The notes: generated by a model not told the origin, from the letters alone. A DNA stretch of 63,997 nt, filler included, from Vicugna vicugna (GCA_013265495.1; 79 parts of 74 records of this genome joined end to end with filler, not necessarily neighbours in it); one strand, 5' to 3'. Positions 1 to 13,018 are shown, counted from the whole stretch's first letter. Translations and numbers: made by a program.

Positions 1-713
1 TAAACCAAGTATTAGCGAGAGCCTATCCATGGGATTTGGGTGTTTCACCTACAACCCACAACCATGGAATACCTGTGCTCCCTGAAAGATGCTTTGAATG
101 TTTCCCTACATCCAGCACACACGCGAAGAAGTGTTCTGGTATTCTGAGTGTGGGGAGGTTCCTCCAACAGACAGCAGCACCTGGGTTTTAATAGAATCCC
201 TTAGCTTGACTTCCCTAAATGTTTTCCTAGGCCTAGCAGTAAGCGATGGTGGGGGATGGGCTCTAAAGCCAAGTATTAGCGAATTGTGGGGAGTCCAAAT
301 GACAACAGCACCTGGGTTCTAAAAGAATCCCTTAGCTTTTCTTCCCTGATGGCATGCCTAGGCTGGAGATTGGGGGAAAGTGGGGGTTGGGCTCTAAACC
401 AAGCCAAGNNNNNNNNNNNNNNNNNNNNNNNNNNNNNNNNNNNNNNNNNNNNNNNNNNNNNNNNNNNNNNNNNNNNNNNNNNNNNNNNNNNNNNNNNNNN
501 NNNNNNNNNNNNNNNNNNNNNNNNNNNNNNNNNNNNNNNNNNNNNNNNNNNNNNNNNNNNNNNNNNNNNNNNNNNNNNNNNNNNNNGTGCCCCCTGAGCT
601 TTGACTGTTTCCCTACATAAAGCACACACACGAAGATGTGTTCTGGTATTCTGAATGTGGGGAAGTTTCTCAAACTGACAGCAGCAACTGGATTCTATTA
701 GTATCCCATCCCT
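1..713 (+). repeat. SatA satellite fragment (diverged ~264-bp monomers)
   Basis: Recurrent core gtggggaggttcctccaac..cagcagcacctgggtt..aatagaatcc; internal N gap. Confidence 0.9.
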
Positions 714-813
714 NNNNNNNNNNNNNNNNNNNNNNNNNNNNNNNNNNNNNNNNNNNNTTAATTAATTAANNNNNNNNNNNNNNNNNNNNNNNNNNNNNNN
801 NNNNNNNNNNNNN
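714..813. other. Artificial contig-joining spacer (44 N + TTAATTAATTAA + 44 N); first of about 78 in the window, last at 63726-63825
   Basis: The same 12-mer is embedded in N runs each time. It is self-complementary with TAA in all six frames, and the flanking sequence changes family or orientation across spacers. Confidence 0.98.
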
Positions 814-1757
814 TTGTCTTCCCTGATGGTTTGCCTAGGCCAGTGTGTGGTTGAAAGTGGGATTTGGGATCTAAAACTAAGTATTAGCGTGTGCCTCTCC
901 ATGGGTAGTGGAGATGTTTAAACTACAACCCACAACGTGGGAATTACTGTGACACCTGAAAAATGCGTGTGCTGTTTCCCCACGTCCAGCACACACAGGA
1001 AGAAGTGTTCTGGGGTTATGAGTGTGGGGAGGTTCCTCCAACAGACAGCAGCACCTGGGTTTTAATAGAATCCCTTAGCTTGATTCCCTAAGTGTATTCC
1101 TAGGCCTAGCAGTAAGCGATGGTGTGGGATGGGCTCTAAAGCCAAGTATAAGCGTGTGCATCTCTGTGGGTAGTGGAGGGTTTTAAACTACTTCCCCCAC
1201 CTTGGAACACCTGTGCCCCATAAAGAAGCGTGGAATCTGTTTCCCCACCTCCAGCACACACACGGAGACGTGCTCGGTTTCCTGATTGTGGGGAGGCTCC
1301 TCCAAATGACAGCAGCGCCTGGGTTCTAAAAGAATCCCGTAGCTTGTCTTCCCTGATGGCATGCCTAGGCTGGAGAGTGGGCGAAAGTGGGGGTTGGGCT
1401 TTAAACCAAGTATTAGCGAGATCTTATCCATGGGATGTGGGTTTTTAACGTACAACCCACAACCATGGAATAAATGTGCCCCCTGAAAGATGCTTTGACT
1501 GTTTCCCTACATCCAGCACACACACGAAGATGTGTTCTGGTATTCTGAGTTTGGGGAAGTTCCTCAATCTGACAGCAGCACCTGAATTCTATTAGTATCC
1601 ATTAGCTTCTGTTCCCTGAGTGTTCTTTTAGGCCAGGACATGAGGGAAAGCTGTTGGTTGGTCTTGGAGGTCACGTAGCATTTAGTGCCACCTCATCCAT
1701 TAAGGAAGTACATAGAGGACTTCTCCCTTAACGGAACACCTTTTCCTCCATTCATCT
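814..1757 (+). repeat. SatA tandem array, about 3.5 diverged monomers
   Basis: The cagcagc(a/g)cctg core occurs at 1046, 1310 and 1573 (periods 264 and 263). Confidence 0.92.
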
Positions 1758-1857
1758 NNNNNNNNNNNNNNNNNNNNNNNNNNNNNNNNNNNNNNNNNNN
1801 NTTAATTAATTAANNNNNNNNNNNNNNNNNNNNNNNNNNNNNNNNNNNNNNNNNNNN

Positions 1858-2330
1858 CAATTTGATCACTCCTTTATTGAAATCTTGATCTAGTAGGCTA
1901 TCACTGTCTAATTCATTCCTCTTTCTTTCAGGGGATTCCTCTTGTTCTTTTAATTGGGAAAGGCTTCTTTGCTTCTTCATCTTACTCATACCTCTCTGGC
2001 ACTGTGGTTTATGGAGTATCAGTTGTCTAATTTGGATCTTAAGGATTTTATCTATCTAATGCCTATTTAGGAATAGAACTTAGAAGGAAAAAAAAAGCAG
2101 GAGAAAAAAAGAAAAAAATGAGAGAGAGAAAGATTTTTAAAAGAAGGGAGAAAGAGGTTTTGAAAACAGTGTATAATGAATAATAGAAAAGCGAGTTGTA
2201 GCAGAGTATTAATCGGGTTGAGACATCCTTTTAAAACCTTTAAAAAAAAGAAGAAAAAAGAAAAAAAAAGGGGTGGGGAGATGAGTAGATGTATTTGAAG
2301 CCTGTGTATATTCAATAGCAGGACATCAAA
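1858..2330 (-). mobile_element. LINE-1 fragment: 3' part of 5'UTR plus ORF1 N-terminus
   Basis: Minus strand from the ATG at 1989 reads MSKMKKQRSLSQLKEQEESPERKRNELDSDSLLDQDFNKGVIKL, typical of a laurasiatherian L1 ORF1p start. Paralogous to 47163-47985. Confidence 0.85.
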
Positions 2331-2430
2331 NNNNNNNNNNNNNNNNNNNNNNNNNNNNNNNNNNNNNNNNNNNNTTAATTAATTAANNNNNNNNNNNNNN
2401 NNNNNNNNNNNNNNNNNNNNNNNNNNNNNN

Positions 2431-2858
2431 GAAAGGCCTTTGTCCAGGGCACAGCCCGGCCATCACAAATCCCAGTTTGCATTTGCCAACCTGGACAGCC
2501 TAGACTCCTACTTGCGACACTTATTTCAGTTCTGTTCCCCACCCAGAATGTGATGGATTCATTCAGATATTCTGGCCTGTCTCAATCGAGACAAATTTAG
2601 TGAAAAATGTAGTGTCCACATTTGGACCAGAGCATGAAAGGACAAACATGGCCTCATGGTCAGCATGATGGTGGTAGCCAAACCCTCCCACCGGGTGAGA
2701 TGAACCAGGGTGGGGGTGAGAATCCAAGGTCCTAGGTCTGCCAAAGCATCTTCCTTCACGGCTGACTGAGGTGTCGGAGACTCACTACCGCAAACCTACG
2801 ACAATGACAAGGCCGAAAGTGGTGGACGTCAGCTGCAACAGGCACGGAGACAGCTATT
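2431..2858 (+). mobile_element. Degenerate ERV-L-like gag remnant (lineage 2, copy 1)
   Basis: About 88% identical over a 201-nt stretch to the minus strand of 61131-61566. The ERV-L assignment rests on peptides in the longer copy. Confidence 0.4.
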
Positions 2859-3850
2859 NNNNNNNNNNNNNNNNNNNNNNNNNNNNNNNNNNNNNNNNNN
2901 NNTTAATTAATTAANNNNNNNNNNNNNNNNNNNNNNNNNNNNNNNNNNNNNNNNNNNNGCTCCTGGGAACTCAGCATTGAGCCAGCAGCGTCTGTGCCGG
3001 ATGAGTGTCTCTCCGGCCAAGGATGACTCATGCACGTCCAACGGTAAGTAGACATCAGCACCTGGGCTCTCCTGCTGGCTCATCTGAAATGCTTTCCTGA
3101 CCTCCCAGGGGTGTGGACAAGGGGAGAAATGGCCCCCTGAGACTGCAGAGAAGGCTTTGGCTGGGCTGTGTTTAAGGAAGCCATTGGGCCAAATGATTGA
3201 GAGTGGCTTCGGTAGTTTTGTTTTTCCTTTCATTGATCTCTTTGGAACCTTTGAAACTGACATGGCAATGGTAGCCCTGTGGCCCACCCACAGCTCCTCT
3301 CTCAGAAGTCCTGAAGTGCAGCACACAGAAAGCTGCATCCGTTATCCAAGGTTTCCATTGCAAGCAGCGAATTTCTTGTGGACCACGTTTGGACATTTGA
3401 GTTGGTGTCGTTGGTTCTTTCTCATTGTGATTTAGCAGCTCTCTCTTGGCTTGAGTTCCATGGGAAAGGGTCCGTTTCTCTGCTGTCCCAGGAAATAGTC
3501 CACACGCAGAANNNNNNNNNNNNNNNNNNNNNNNNNNNNNNNNNNNNNNNNNNNNNNNNNNNNNNNNNNNNNNNNNNNNNNNNNNNNNNNNNNNNNNNNN
3601 NNNNNNNNNNNNNNNNNNNNNNNNNNNNNNNNNNNNNNNNNNNNNNNNNNGGGCAGGGGTAGGGCGCATGTGGGGTTGGTGATTTCTGAAGGGAAAACCC
3701 CCAAGGACAGCCTACCGTGTGCTCCATGACTTCTGTCCGAAGAAATCTCANNNNNNNNNNNNNNNNNNNNNNNNNNNNNNNNNNNNNNNNNNNNTTAATT
3801 AATTAANNNNNNNNNNNNNNNNNNNNNNNNNNNNNNNNNNNNNNNNNNNN

Positions 3851-4838
3851 TTTCGTTAAATGCTACATACATGAGTGATTTGACAAACATGCATTACTGA
3901 GTTGAGAGCACGTGGTTTACTAATCTTTCATCCTCTCTAAAAGGAATATTTTCATCTAGACACGTGTACACGATTTCACAAGCTTTCCATAACTCCAAGT
4001 TCGAATTCATGCATTTATCACAGAAAAATTGTTCTCGAGCGATTTCCACCTAACAGATGTGTAATTTACATGAATTCCAACAACATGGCATTCCGGGTTC
4101 CGTACATGCTACATATATGACGGATTTGGCAATCATGCATTTCTGACTTGTGAGTATGTGGATTACTGACTTTTCACCCTCCAAATAAGGCGAATAAAAA
4201 CTTAGACATATTTACTCCGACTTCATACGTTTTTCCTATCACCAGGTTCTAAAATCGGACATTTGGCACCAGAAAACACTCTTTGAGCGAATTCTCACCA
4301 ATACACATGTAATTTACATTGTTTACATAACCATGGCATTCCGTATTACNNNNNNNNNNNNNNNNNNNNNNNNNNNNNNNNNNNNNNNNNNNNNNNNNNN
4401 NNNNNNNNNNNNNNNNNNNNNNNNNNNNNNNNNNNNNNNNNNNNNNNNNNNNNNNNNNNNNNNNNNNNNNNNNNNNNNNNNNNNNNNNNNNNNNNNNNNN
4501 NNNNNNNNNNNNNNNNNNNNNNNNNNNNNNNNNNNNNNNNNNNNNNNNNNNNNNNNNNNNNNNNNNNNNNNNNATCTACATAACATGTTCCGTACATGCT
4601 ACATACACGACGGATTAGACAAATATGAATTCCTGAGTTGAGGGCATGTGGATTACTAAACTTTCATCCTCTATAAAAGGAATATTATCATCTAAACTCG
4701 TGTACACATTTTCAAAAGCTTTCCCTAAAACCAGTTTCCAATTCGTGCTTGTGTCTCAGAAAAATAGTTCTGGAGCGATTTCAACCTAACATGTATGTAA
4801 TTTACATGAATACCAACAACATGGCATTCCGGGTTCCG
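3851..4838 (+). repeat. SatD AT-rich satellite (~246-bp monomers)
   Basis: Repeated catggcattccgggttccgtacatgctacat and gcatgtggattact motifs. Confidence 0.92.
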
Positions 4839-6469
4839 NNNNNNNNNNNNNNNNNNNNNNNNNNNNNNNNNNNNNNNNNNNNTTAATTAATTAANNNNNN
4901 NNNNNNNNNNNNNNNNNNNNNNNNNNNNNNNNNNNNNNGTCTGGAATCAGAAACAGTGACAGAGCCAGAAGACGGGTGACTTATGGCTGACAGCTTATCT
5001 GTCTTTCTCAAACTAATCACACTGTTTATTCTATTTTGGGAAAGCACAGTGTGTGGCATTACATAGAAGCCCGATGTAAGCCAAGTTAAGAGGTAAAAGA
5101 CAATGCACAAAACACGTTTATCCTCACATTATTCATGACACACGTGCACAGAAGATACTGCATTTTTTCAAATGGGAAGAGCCCACCCATAGCCTGGATG
5201 CCATCTACAGGGTCCTATGATGCGCTCACTGCTCAGGTTCGTCCAGAGACTTGTCATTTTCCTTGTCTTTGGAGGACCGGCCATGCGTCTCCATTTTTTC
5301 CAGTTCATCTGATTGTGCTCTGAGGAAAAACAAAAGCCAAGTGGTTGTTAGATAATCATGATTTTAAATACAGGAAAACTCTGTGTATTTTGATATTTTC
5401 AGCATCTATTTGAGGTAAAGCTTGACTTAATTCATGACACATTTTAAAATGTTTAAATATGTTTAATGCAAACCAGATCATCTCCAAATCTATCTCCAAA
5501 TCTTCTAAATGCTATTCGCTATTAGTCATGCACCAAAATAAATAAATAAATATTTTTATTTATTCCAGCATGCTTTAAAACAGTACAGTTTTCCTCCGTT
5601 GTTTTTAGGTATTTCTAATGCTCTCTGGAATGCAAGACTTTTATTTCAAACTGGTATTTCTCTCAGAAAGTAATCAAGTTAAATTTGTAAGTAATTTGAT
5701 CCTAAAGGTGTTATAACTTTTTTAAAGAAATAANNNNNNNNNNNNNNNNNNNNNNNNNNNNNNNNNNNNNNNNNNNNTTAATTAATTAANNNNNNNNNNN
5801 NNNNNNNNNNNNNNNNNNNNNNNNNNNNNNNNNGCGGCTTGATTTTCTGCAGAACGTCTGCAGAGAAGCCAGGCAGAAAACGTGAACAGACACTGCAGGG
5901 CACAGCTGAGGCCTCCGGTCAAATCATCGTTGTTGTGCAGAGCCTACGTTCATGGGGCCATTTTCATGACTGCTGTAATTAGTTCTCATCCAAGTGTCCC
6001 ACCAAAAACGTTTCTAGATGGAAGGTGTCCTGACGCAGACCAGCAGTGGGGATGTGGGATACAGATGGCAGACATACTGGAAGGAGAGAAGGGAAATGTT
6101 TCTTCACGCTTCAGTTTGGAAGATTTCTGATTTTTATATGGACATTAAACTTGGTCAGGCTGAAGGGCCGTTTGCTCTAAGACGGGGTGATGAACACATA
6201 TCCCTACAACTTCTAAAAAATTTTTTGAAGCTGGACGTGAATGCCTAGAGGACAGAGAGCTTAGAGTGACACCTACGTTCCAGGATGCCTATGATCTCGG
6301 GCTCACAAAGAGGAAAAGAATACACATACTTTGCCTGTGTAGCTCTATGTGAAATTATTTTGACCCTTGCCGGATGGTGTAAGATGAGAGATCATGTATT
6401 CTTTCTTACATCGCTAAGACTTACATCGCTAAGATGACAATTCTTGATGAGTCAGCAGACTGTTTCCAA

Positions 6470-6600
6470 TGGCCTGGGGTCTGTGCCAGACATTAGCTGT
6501 CTAGACAAATACCGCACATCCCCCATCCCTCAAGGGGATCACAGTGTGTCGTGAAAGAGACAAATTTAAATAGGATTTCAAAACAATGAGGTAAGAGTCA
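6470..6600 (-). mobile_element. Old L2 fragment
   Basis: tgtgccagaca..catccctcaaggggatcacagt resembles the L2 3' end. Confidence 0.4.
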
Positions 6601-6720
6601 CTTGGCATTATATATACTATNNNNNNNNNNNNNNNNNNNNNNNNNNNNNNNNNNNNNNNNNNNNTTAATTAATTAANNNNNNNNNNNNNNNNNNNNNNNN
6701 NNNNNNNNNNNNNNNNNNNN

Positions 6721-7597
6721 ATGTCTCTCCACATGCTCAGTTCTGAGAAATAAGTGTGTGTGAAAATCATCCTTCAGCTAGGTTGAAGGGAACACAAAGT
6801 TACTTTTCAGTTGCCAACTCTCCTCCAATCATATATACGGGGAGGTGCAAGCTCCAACTCGGTTTTACACTGAAAACGGCAGGCACTTCAAACCGGCACT
6901 AGGAAACAGACTGAGAAACCAGAGTAAGTGTNNNNNNNNNNNNNNNNNNNNNNNNNNNNNNNNNNNNNNNNNNNNNNNNNNNNNNNNNNNNNNNNNNNNN
7001 NNNNNNNNNNNNNNNNNNNNNNNNNNNNNNNNNNNNNNNNNNNNNNNNNNNNNNNNNNNNNNNNNNNNNNNNNNNNNNNNNNNNNNNNNNNNNNNNNNNN
7101 NNNNNNNNNNNNNNNNNNNNNNNNNNNNNNNNNNNNNNNNNNNNNNNNNNNNNNNNNNNNNNNNNNNNNNNNNNNNNNNNNNNNNNNNNNNNNNNNNNNN
7201 NNNNNNNNNNNNNNNNNNNNNNNNNNNNNNNNNNNNNNNNNNNNNNNNNNNNNNNNNNNNNNNNNNNNNNNNNNNNNNNNNNNNNNNNNNNNNNNNNNNN
7301 NNNNNNNNNNNNNNNNNNNNNNNNNNNNNNNNNNNNNNNNNNNNNNNNNNNNNNNNNNNNNNNNNNNACGGCAGGCAAACCGGCTCTAGGAAACAGACTG
7401 AGAAAGCATGGTAAGTGTCTCTCCTAGAACCCGTTCCCTTTGTGCTGAATGTACGAAAGTCTCTCCACATGTTCAGTGCTCAAAGATAAGTGTGTGTGAA
7501 AGCCGTCCTTCACCTAGCTTGAAGGGAACACAAAGTTTCTTTACAAAGCAATCTTTCCTCCATACATATATACGGGGATGTATAACCTCCAAATCGG
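6721..7597 (-). repeat. SatC satellite (~249 bp)
   Basis: Contains aaacggcaggcacttcaaaccggcactaggaaacagactgagaaaccagag, the reverse complement of the unit in 42102-42868. Confidence 0.92.
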
Positions 7598-10500
7598 NNN
7601 NNNNNNNNNNNNNNNNNNNNNNNNNNNNNNNNNNNNNNNNNTTAATTAATTAANNNNNNNNNNNNNNNNNNNNNNNNNNNNNNNNNNNNNNNNNNNNTGG
7701 ACTTTTCCTTCACATGAGGACAGCTCTCCCAAACCCAGGGAATACTGTGAGCCCTTGATAGTTCCACTAGGGTGTGGTGTGGTTTACCCAGGAGGGATGG
7801 GGACTATGCATCAACACTCAGGCAGTCTCCTCCGTCTGGGGCTCTGATCTTGTACCACAACGTTCCCTGCCAACCCAACACCTGGGAGAGTGGAGCTAAG
7901 GCAGAGATCCTTCCTGCCTGTTTCCCAGCGTGTAAAAGGGGAATATGTACTCTTCCAAAGGTAGTTCTGAGCGACAACACCTGCGGGTGCTTGGTTCCCA
8001 GAGCAACAGAAAACCCAGCTCCTTGTGACAACGGGTGTGATACATAGGGGTTCTGCAGAATCATCCGATGGAGGGCTGGATCAGGGTGGTAAAACATGAG
8101 CTGCGGGCCTTGAAGGTTTACAGAAGGGTACAGAGGCAGGTTTGCAGCCTCCTTCGGGTGCCCCAGAGGTAAAGCTTTTTCTCTCCATCTCCTCTACGAC
8201 CCTTCCCTCTCCAGATCCCTCCCATCTCTCTGCTCTTCCTGTCCATCTGTCTCCCTCCACTTTACTCCTTCTCTCCACCCGCTCCCATCTTCTCCCTCCC
8301 TTGCTGCCCCANNNNNNNNNNNNNNNNNNNNNNNNNNNNNNNNNNNNNNNNNNNNTTAATTAATTAANNNNNNNNNNNNNNNNNNNNNNNNNNNNNNNNN
8401 NNNNNNNNNNNATACGTGTTTAAGTGACTTGAGCTTGGAGTTTCAGCACACTTACATACAGCTGTTAGATGAGTTGGCGGTAACATTGCCCTCAAGGCCC
8501 CCATAAGGTTCTATATGGCATATGGTTTTTTCTGAGTGAAATTTCTCTTTTATTTGTTTTAGTGAATTCCCCACTGTCCTTTGAGATTATTAGAGTAACC
8601 CTGAGTTGTTAACCACGATAGCTCTCCCCCCACCAGCAAAAGATCCTGCTGTCTGAGAACTCAGACATGGGATATAAGAGAAATAATCTATCAGTCTTAA
8701 AATCTGGAAGCCATAAGATACTGTTTCTTACTTACAGCACCCACAGCACAAACACCAGTCTCTCAAGAATTTGGTGCTGCCTTCCCAGAGGGCGGGTGGC
8801 ATAAGTGAAATGCAGTGAGGGATGAAGTGAGAGCTCTTTGTCTCTGGTACTGCCTTTTCCACCCTTGCTGTGTTAACTTGATCTTCCCTTCATATATTAT
8901 GTTCTCCATTTAATTTGCTGCAGTTAATATCAGTTGTTCTTCAACATCTCCTTGCACCTGACCCCCCATTCCCTCTCTCTCCAGTGCTGTCCCCCCCACG
9001 CCTCTCCTGCACTCTCCAGGACCAGGCCTGTCTCCCCCACGCCCTCACCTCTGTTCTGTCTGCCCACCACCTGCACAGACATTTCCTTAACTCTGCAGAA
9101 TGAACTTTCCAAAATGGCAGCTGAGTAACNNNNNNNNNNNNNNNNNNNNNNNNNNNNNNNNNNNNNNNNNNNNNNNNNNNNNNNNNNNNNNNNNNNNNNN
9201 NNNNNNNNNNNNNNNNNNNNNNNNNNNNNNNNNNNNNNNNNNNNNNNNNNNNNNNNNNNNNNNNNNNNNNNNNNNNNNNNNNNNNNNNNNNNNNNNNNNN
9301 NNNNNNNNNNNNNNNNNNNNNNNNNNNNNNNNNNNNNNNNNNNNNNNNNNNNNNNNNNNNNNNNNNNNNNNNNNNNNNNNNNNNNNNNNNNNNNNNNNNN
9401 NNNNNNNNNNNNNNNNNNNNNNNNNNNNNNNNNNNNNNNNNNNNNNNNNNNNNNNNNNNNNNNNNNNNNNNNNNNNNNNNNNNNNNNNNNNNNNNNNNNN
9501 NNNNNNNNNNNNNNNNNNNNNNNNNNNNNNNNNNNNNNNNNNNNNNNNNNNNNNNNNNNNNNNNNNNNNNNNNNNNNNNNNNNNNNNNNNNNNNNNNNNN
9601 NNNNNNNNNNNNNNNNNNNNNNNNNNNNNNNNNNNNNNNNNNNNNNNNNNNNNNNNNNNNNNNNNNNNNNNNNNNNNNNNNNNNNNNNNNNNNNNNNNNN
9701 NNNNNNNNNNNNNNNNNNNNNCAAACGCCTGCAGAGAGGCCCTGGGCAGAGGGAGAGAGACATGGGCGGCAGAAGTGGTGACTGCTACAGAGGGGACTGC
9801 AGGCCCGGGGTGGCTGGCCACAGAGCTGCTGAGGTGANNNNNNNNNNNNNNNNNNNNNNNNNNNNNNNNNNNNNNNNNNNNTTAATTAATTAANNNNNNN
9901 NNNNNNNNNNNNNNNNNNNNNNNNNNNNNNNNNNNNNCATCTTTTCTATTATGCATGGCACACTTTTATCTACTAGAAGGCTAATGATGTGCACGTTTTG
10001 CTTCTGAGCCCTTTCAGCTCACCACTGCCTTAAATTATTTAGTTTTTTTTTAAGCTTAGGAAACAGGAAAGGATTTTGATCAATAGGCTTTGCATTTATG
10101 CATGCGGGTTCATGTCTGCAAAGGCACCCCTTTGTGATTCCTGTTTATAAGTCTACAGATAGAGGGAGTTTTTTTTCCTAAATTACATTCTATATATAAA
10201 ATAATTGCTTTAAAAATATACATTATACANNNNNNNNNNNNNNNNNNNNNNNNNNNNNNNNNNNNNNNNNNNNNNNNNNNNNNNNNNNNNNNNNNNNNNN
10301 NNNNNNNNNNNNNNNNNNNNNNNNNNNNNNNNNNNNNNNNNNNNNNNNNNNNNNNNNNNNNNNNNNNNNNNNNNNNNNNNNNNNNNNNNNNNNNNNNNNN
10401 NNNNNNNNNNNNNNNNNNNNNNNNNNNNNNNNNNNNNNNNNNNNNNNNNNNNNNNNNNNNNNNNNNNNNNNNNNNNNNNNNNNNNNNNNNNNNNNNNNNN

Positions 10501-12099
10501 NNNNNNNNNNNNNNNNNNNNNNNNNNNNNNNNNNNNNNNNNNNNNNNNNNNNNNNNNNNNNNNNNNNNNNNNNNNNNNNNNNNNNNNNNNNNNNNNNNNN
10601 NNNNNNNNNNNNNNNNNNNNNNNNNNNNNNNNNNNNNNNNNNNNNNNNNNNNNNNNNNNNNNNNNNNNNNNNNNNNNNNNNNNNNNNNNNNNNNNNNNNN
10701 NNNNNNNNNNNNNNNNNNNNNNNNNNNNNNNNNNNNNNNNNNNNNNNNNNNNNNNNNNNNNNNNNNNNNNNNNNNNNNNNNNNNNNNNNNNNNNNNNNNN
10801 NNNNNNNNNNNNNNNNNNNNNNNNNNNNNNNNNNNNNNNNNNNNNNNNNNNNNNNNNNNNNNNNNNNNNNNNNNNNNNNNNNNNNNNNNNNNNNNNNNNN
10901 NNNNNNNNNNNNNNNNNNNNNNNNNNNNNNNNNNNNNNNNNNNNNNNNNNNNNNNNNNNNNNNNNNNNNNNNNNNNNNNNNNNNNNNNNNNNNNNNNNNN
11001 NNNNNNNNNNNNNNNNNNNNNNNNNNNNNNNNNNNNNNNNNNNNNNNNNNNNNNNNNNNNNNNNNNNNNNNNNNNNNNNNNNNNNNNNNNNNNNNNNNGT
11101 GCCTTGTTAGGCCTCGCACCCAGCCACCAACCCTAGTCTCCTTCGCCTGAAGTACCTTCTCTGCTTTTCTGCCTGGGAGGACTCTTGCCAAGCCTTGGCA
11201 GGGACCCCTCCACTTTTTAGAGATTTTCTGCTCTTCTTTCTAGGCATGAATTTCACTTGATTCCTGTCTTGATGGTACGTGATCGTGTCCGTGTCCATTG
11301 TGCTCCCAGGCTGGACTGATCTNNNNNNNNNNNNNNNNNNNNNNNNNNNNNNNNNNNNNNNNNNNNTTAATTAATTAANNNNNNNNNNNNNNNNNNNNNN
11401 NNNNNNNNNNNNNNNNNNNNNNCAGAACTGCTTTTGTGATAAATCATCACAATATTTATTTTTGATCAATCTCCTAATTAAAAAAAAAAGAAAACTAACA
11501 ATAACACTTTTTACTTATACTGAGGGAAAATAGATGTTCTATGTGATACAGTGATTCAACTTCTTCTATAAGTGTGAAATGGAAAACCTTTTGNNNNNNN
11601 NNNNNNNNNNNNNNNNNNNNNNNNNNNNNNNNNNNNNNNNNNNNNNNNNNNNNNNNNNNNNNNNNNNNNNNNNNNNNNNNNNNNNNNNNNNNNNNNNNNN
11701 NNNNNNNNNNNNNNNNNNNNNNNNNNNNNNNNNNNNNNNNNNNNNNNNNNNNNNNNNNNNNNNNNNNNNNNNNNNNNNNNNNNNNNNNNNNNNNNNNNNN
11801 NNNNNNNNNNNNNNNNNNNNNNNNNNNNNNNNNNNNNNNNNNNNNNNNNNNNNNNNNNNNNNNNNNNNNNNNNNNNNNNNNNNNNNNNNNNNNNNNNNNN
11901 NNNNNNNNNNNNNNNNNNNNNNNNNNNNNNNNNNNNNNNNNNNNNNNNNNNNNNNNNNNNNNNNNNNNNNNNNNNNNNNNNNNNNNNNNNNNNNNNNNNN
12001 NNNNNNNNNNNNNNNNNNNNNNNNNNNNNNNNNNNNNNNNNNNNNNNNNNNNNNNNNNNNNNNNNNNNNNNNNNNNATAATGAAAAACTTTAAAGGATA

Positions 12100-12205
12100 T
12101 ATTACCCCCAATGTTTTTATCATCATCATTTATAATAGCCAAGTATAGAAGCACAAATCTACTGCCCATCAACAGATGATTGGCTGAAGTAGATATGAGG
12201 TATAG
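12100..12205 (+). mobile_element. LINE-1 ORF2 C-terminal remnant
   Basis: ccccaatgttt..ataatagccaag..tgcccatcaacagatgattgg matches the L1 ORF2 3' end. Confidence 0.7.
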
Positions 12206-12305
12206 NNNNNNNNNNNNNNNNNNNNNNNNNNNNNNNNNNNNNNNNNNNNTTAATTAATTAANNNNNNNNNNNNNNNNNNNNNNNNNNNNNNNNNNNNNNN
12301 NNNNN

Positions 12306-13018
12306 GAGTCAAAGCATCTTTCAAGGGGCACAGTTATTTCATGGTGGTGGATTGTATGTTAAACACCCAAATCCCATGGATAGGCTCTCGCTAATGCTTG
12401 GTTTAGAGCCCAATCCCAATTTTCCCCCGCACACCAGTCTTTGCAAGCCATCATGGAAGACCTGTTAAGGTATTGTATTACAACCCAGGCGCTGCTGTTA
12501 GTTGCAGGAACCTCCCCACACTCAAGACATCTGAACCCAATGTCGTGTGTGTGCTGCAGGAGGGAAACAGTGTCCACGCATCTTTATGGTATGGNNNNNN
12601 NNNNNNNNNNNNNNNNNNNNNNNNNNNNNNNNNNNNNNNNNNNNNNNNNNNNNNNNNNNNNNNNNNNNNNNNNNNNNNNNNNNNNNNNNNNNNNNNNNNN
12701 NNNNNNNNNNNNNNNNNNNNNNNNNNNNNNNNNNNNNNNNNNNNNNNNNNNNNNNNNNNNNNNNNNNNNNNNNNNNNNNNNNNNNNNNNNNNNNNNNNNN
12801 NNNNNNNNNNNNNNNNNNNNNNNNNNNNNNNNNNNNNNNNNNNNNNNNNNNNNNNNNNNNNNNNNNNNNNNNNNNNNNNNNNNNNNNNNNNNNNNNNNNN
12901 NNNNNNNNNNNNNNNNNNNNNNNNNNNNGCCCAACCCTCACATTCCCCCGCACTCCCGCCTAGGCTAGCTATAAGTGAAGACAAGTTAATGGATTGTATT
13001 AGAACCCAGGCGCTGCTG
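12306..13018 (-). repeat. SatA fragment
   Basis: Reverse complement of the SatA core (aacccaggcgctgctg, acctccccacactcaag). Confidence 0.9.

Noticed and set aside
758..769. Regularly recurring TTAATTAATTAA as a CRISPR-like or regulatory repeat
   Set aside because: Always centred in 44+44 N; an assembly linker, not genomic DNA
2959..3049. Possible exon ending at a strong donor ACG|GTAAGT (3044)
   Set aside because: No acceptor visible and no recognisable peptide in any frame
8930..12172. Long ORFs in the track (for example 277 aa, 322 aa and 225 aa)
   Set aside because: Mostly X residues from N gaps; ORFs ending in LIN or N terminate in the linker
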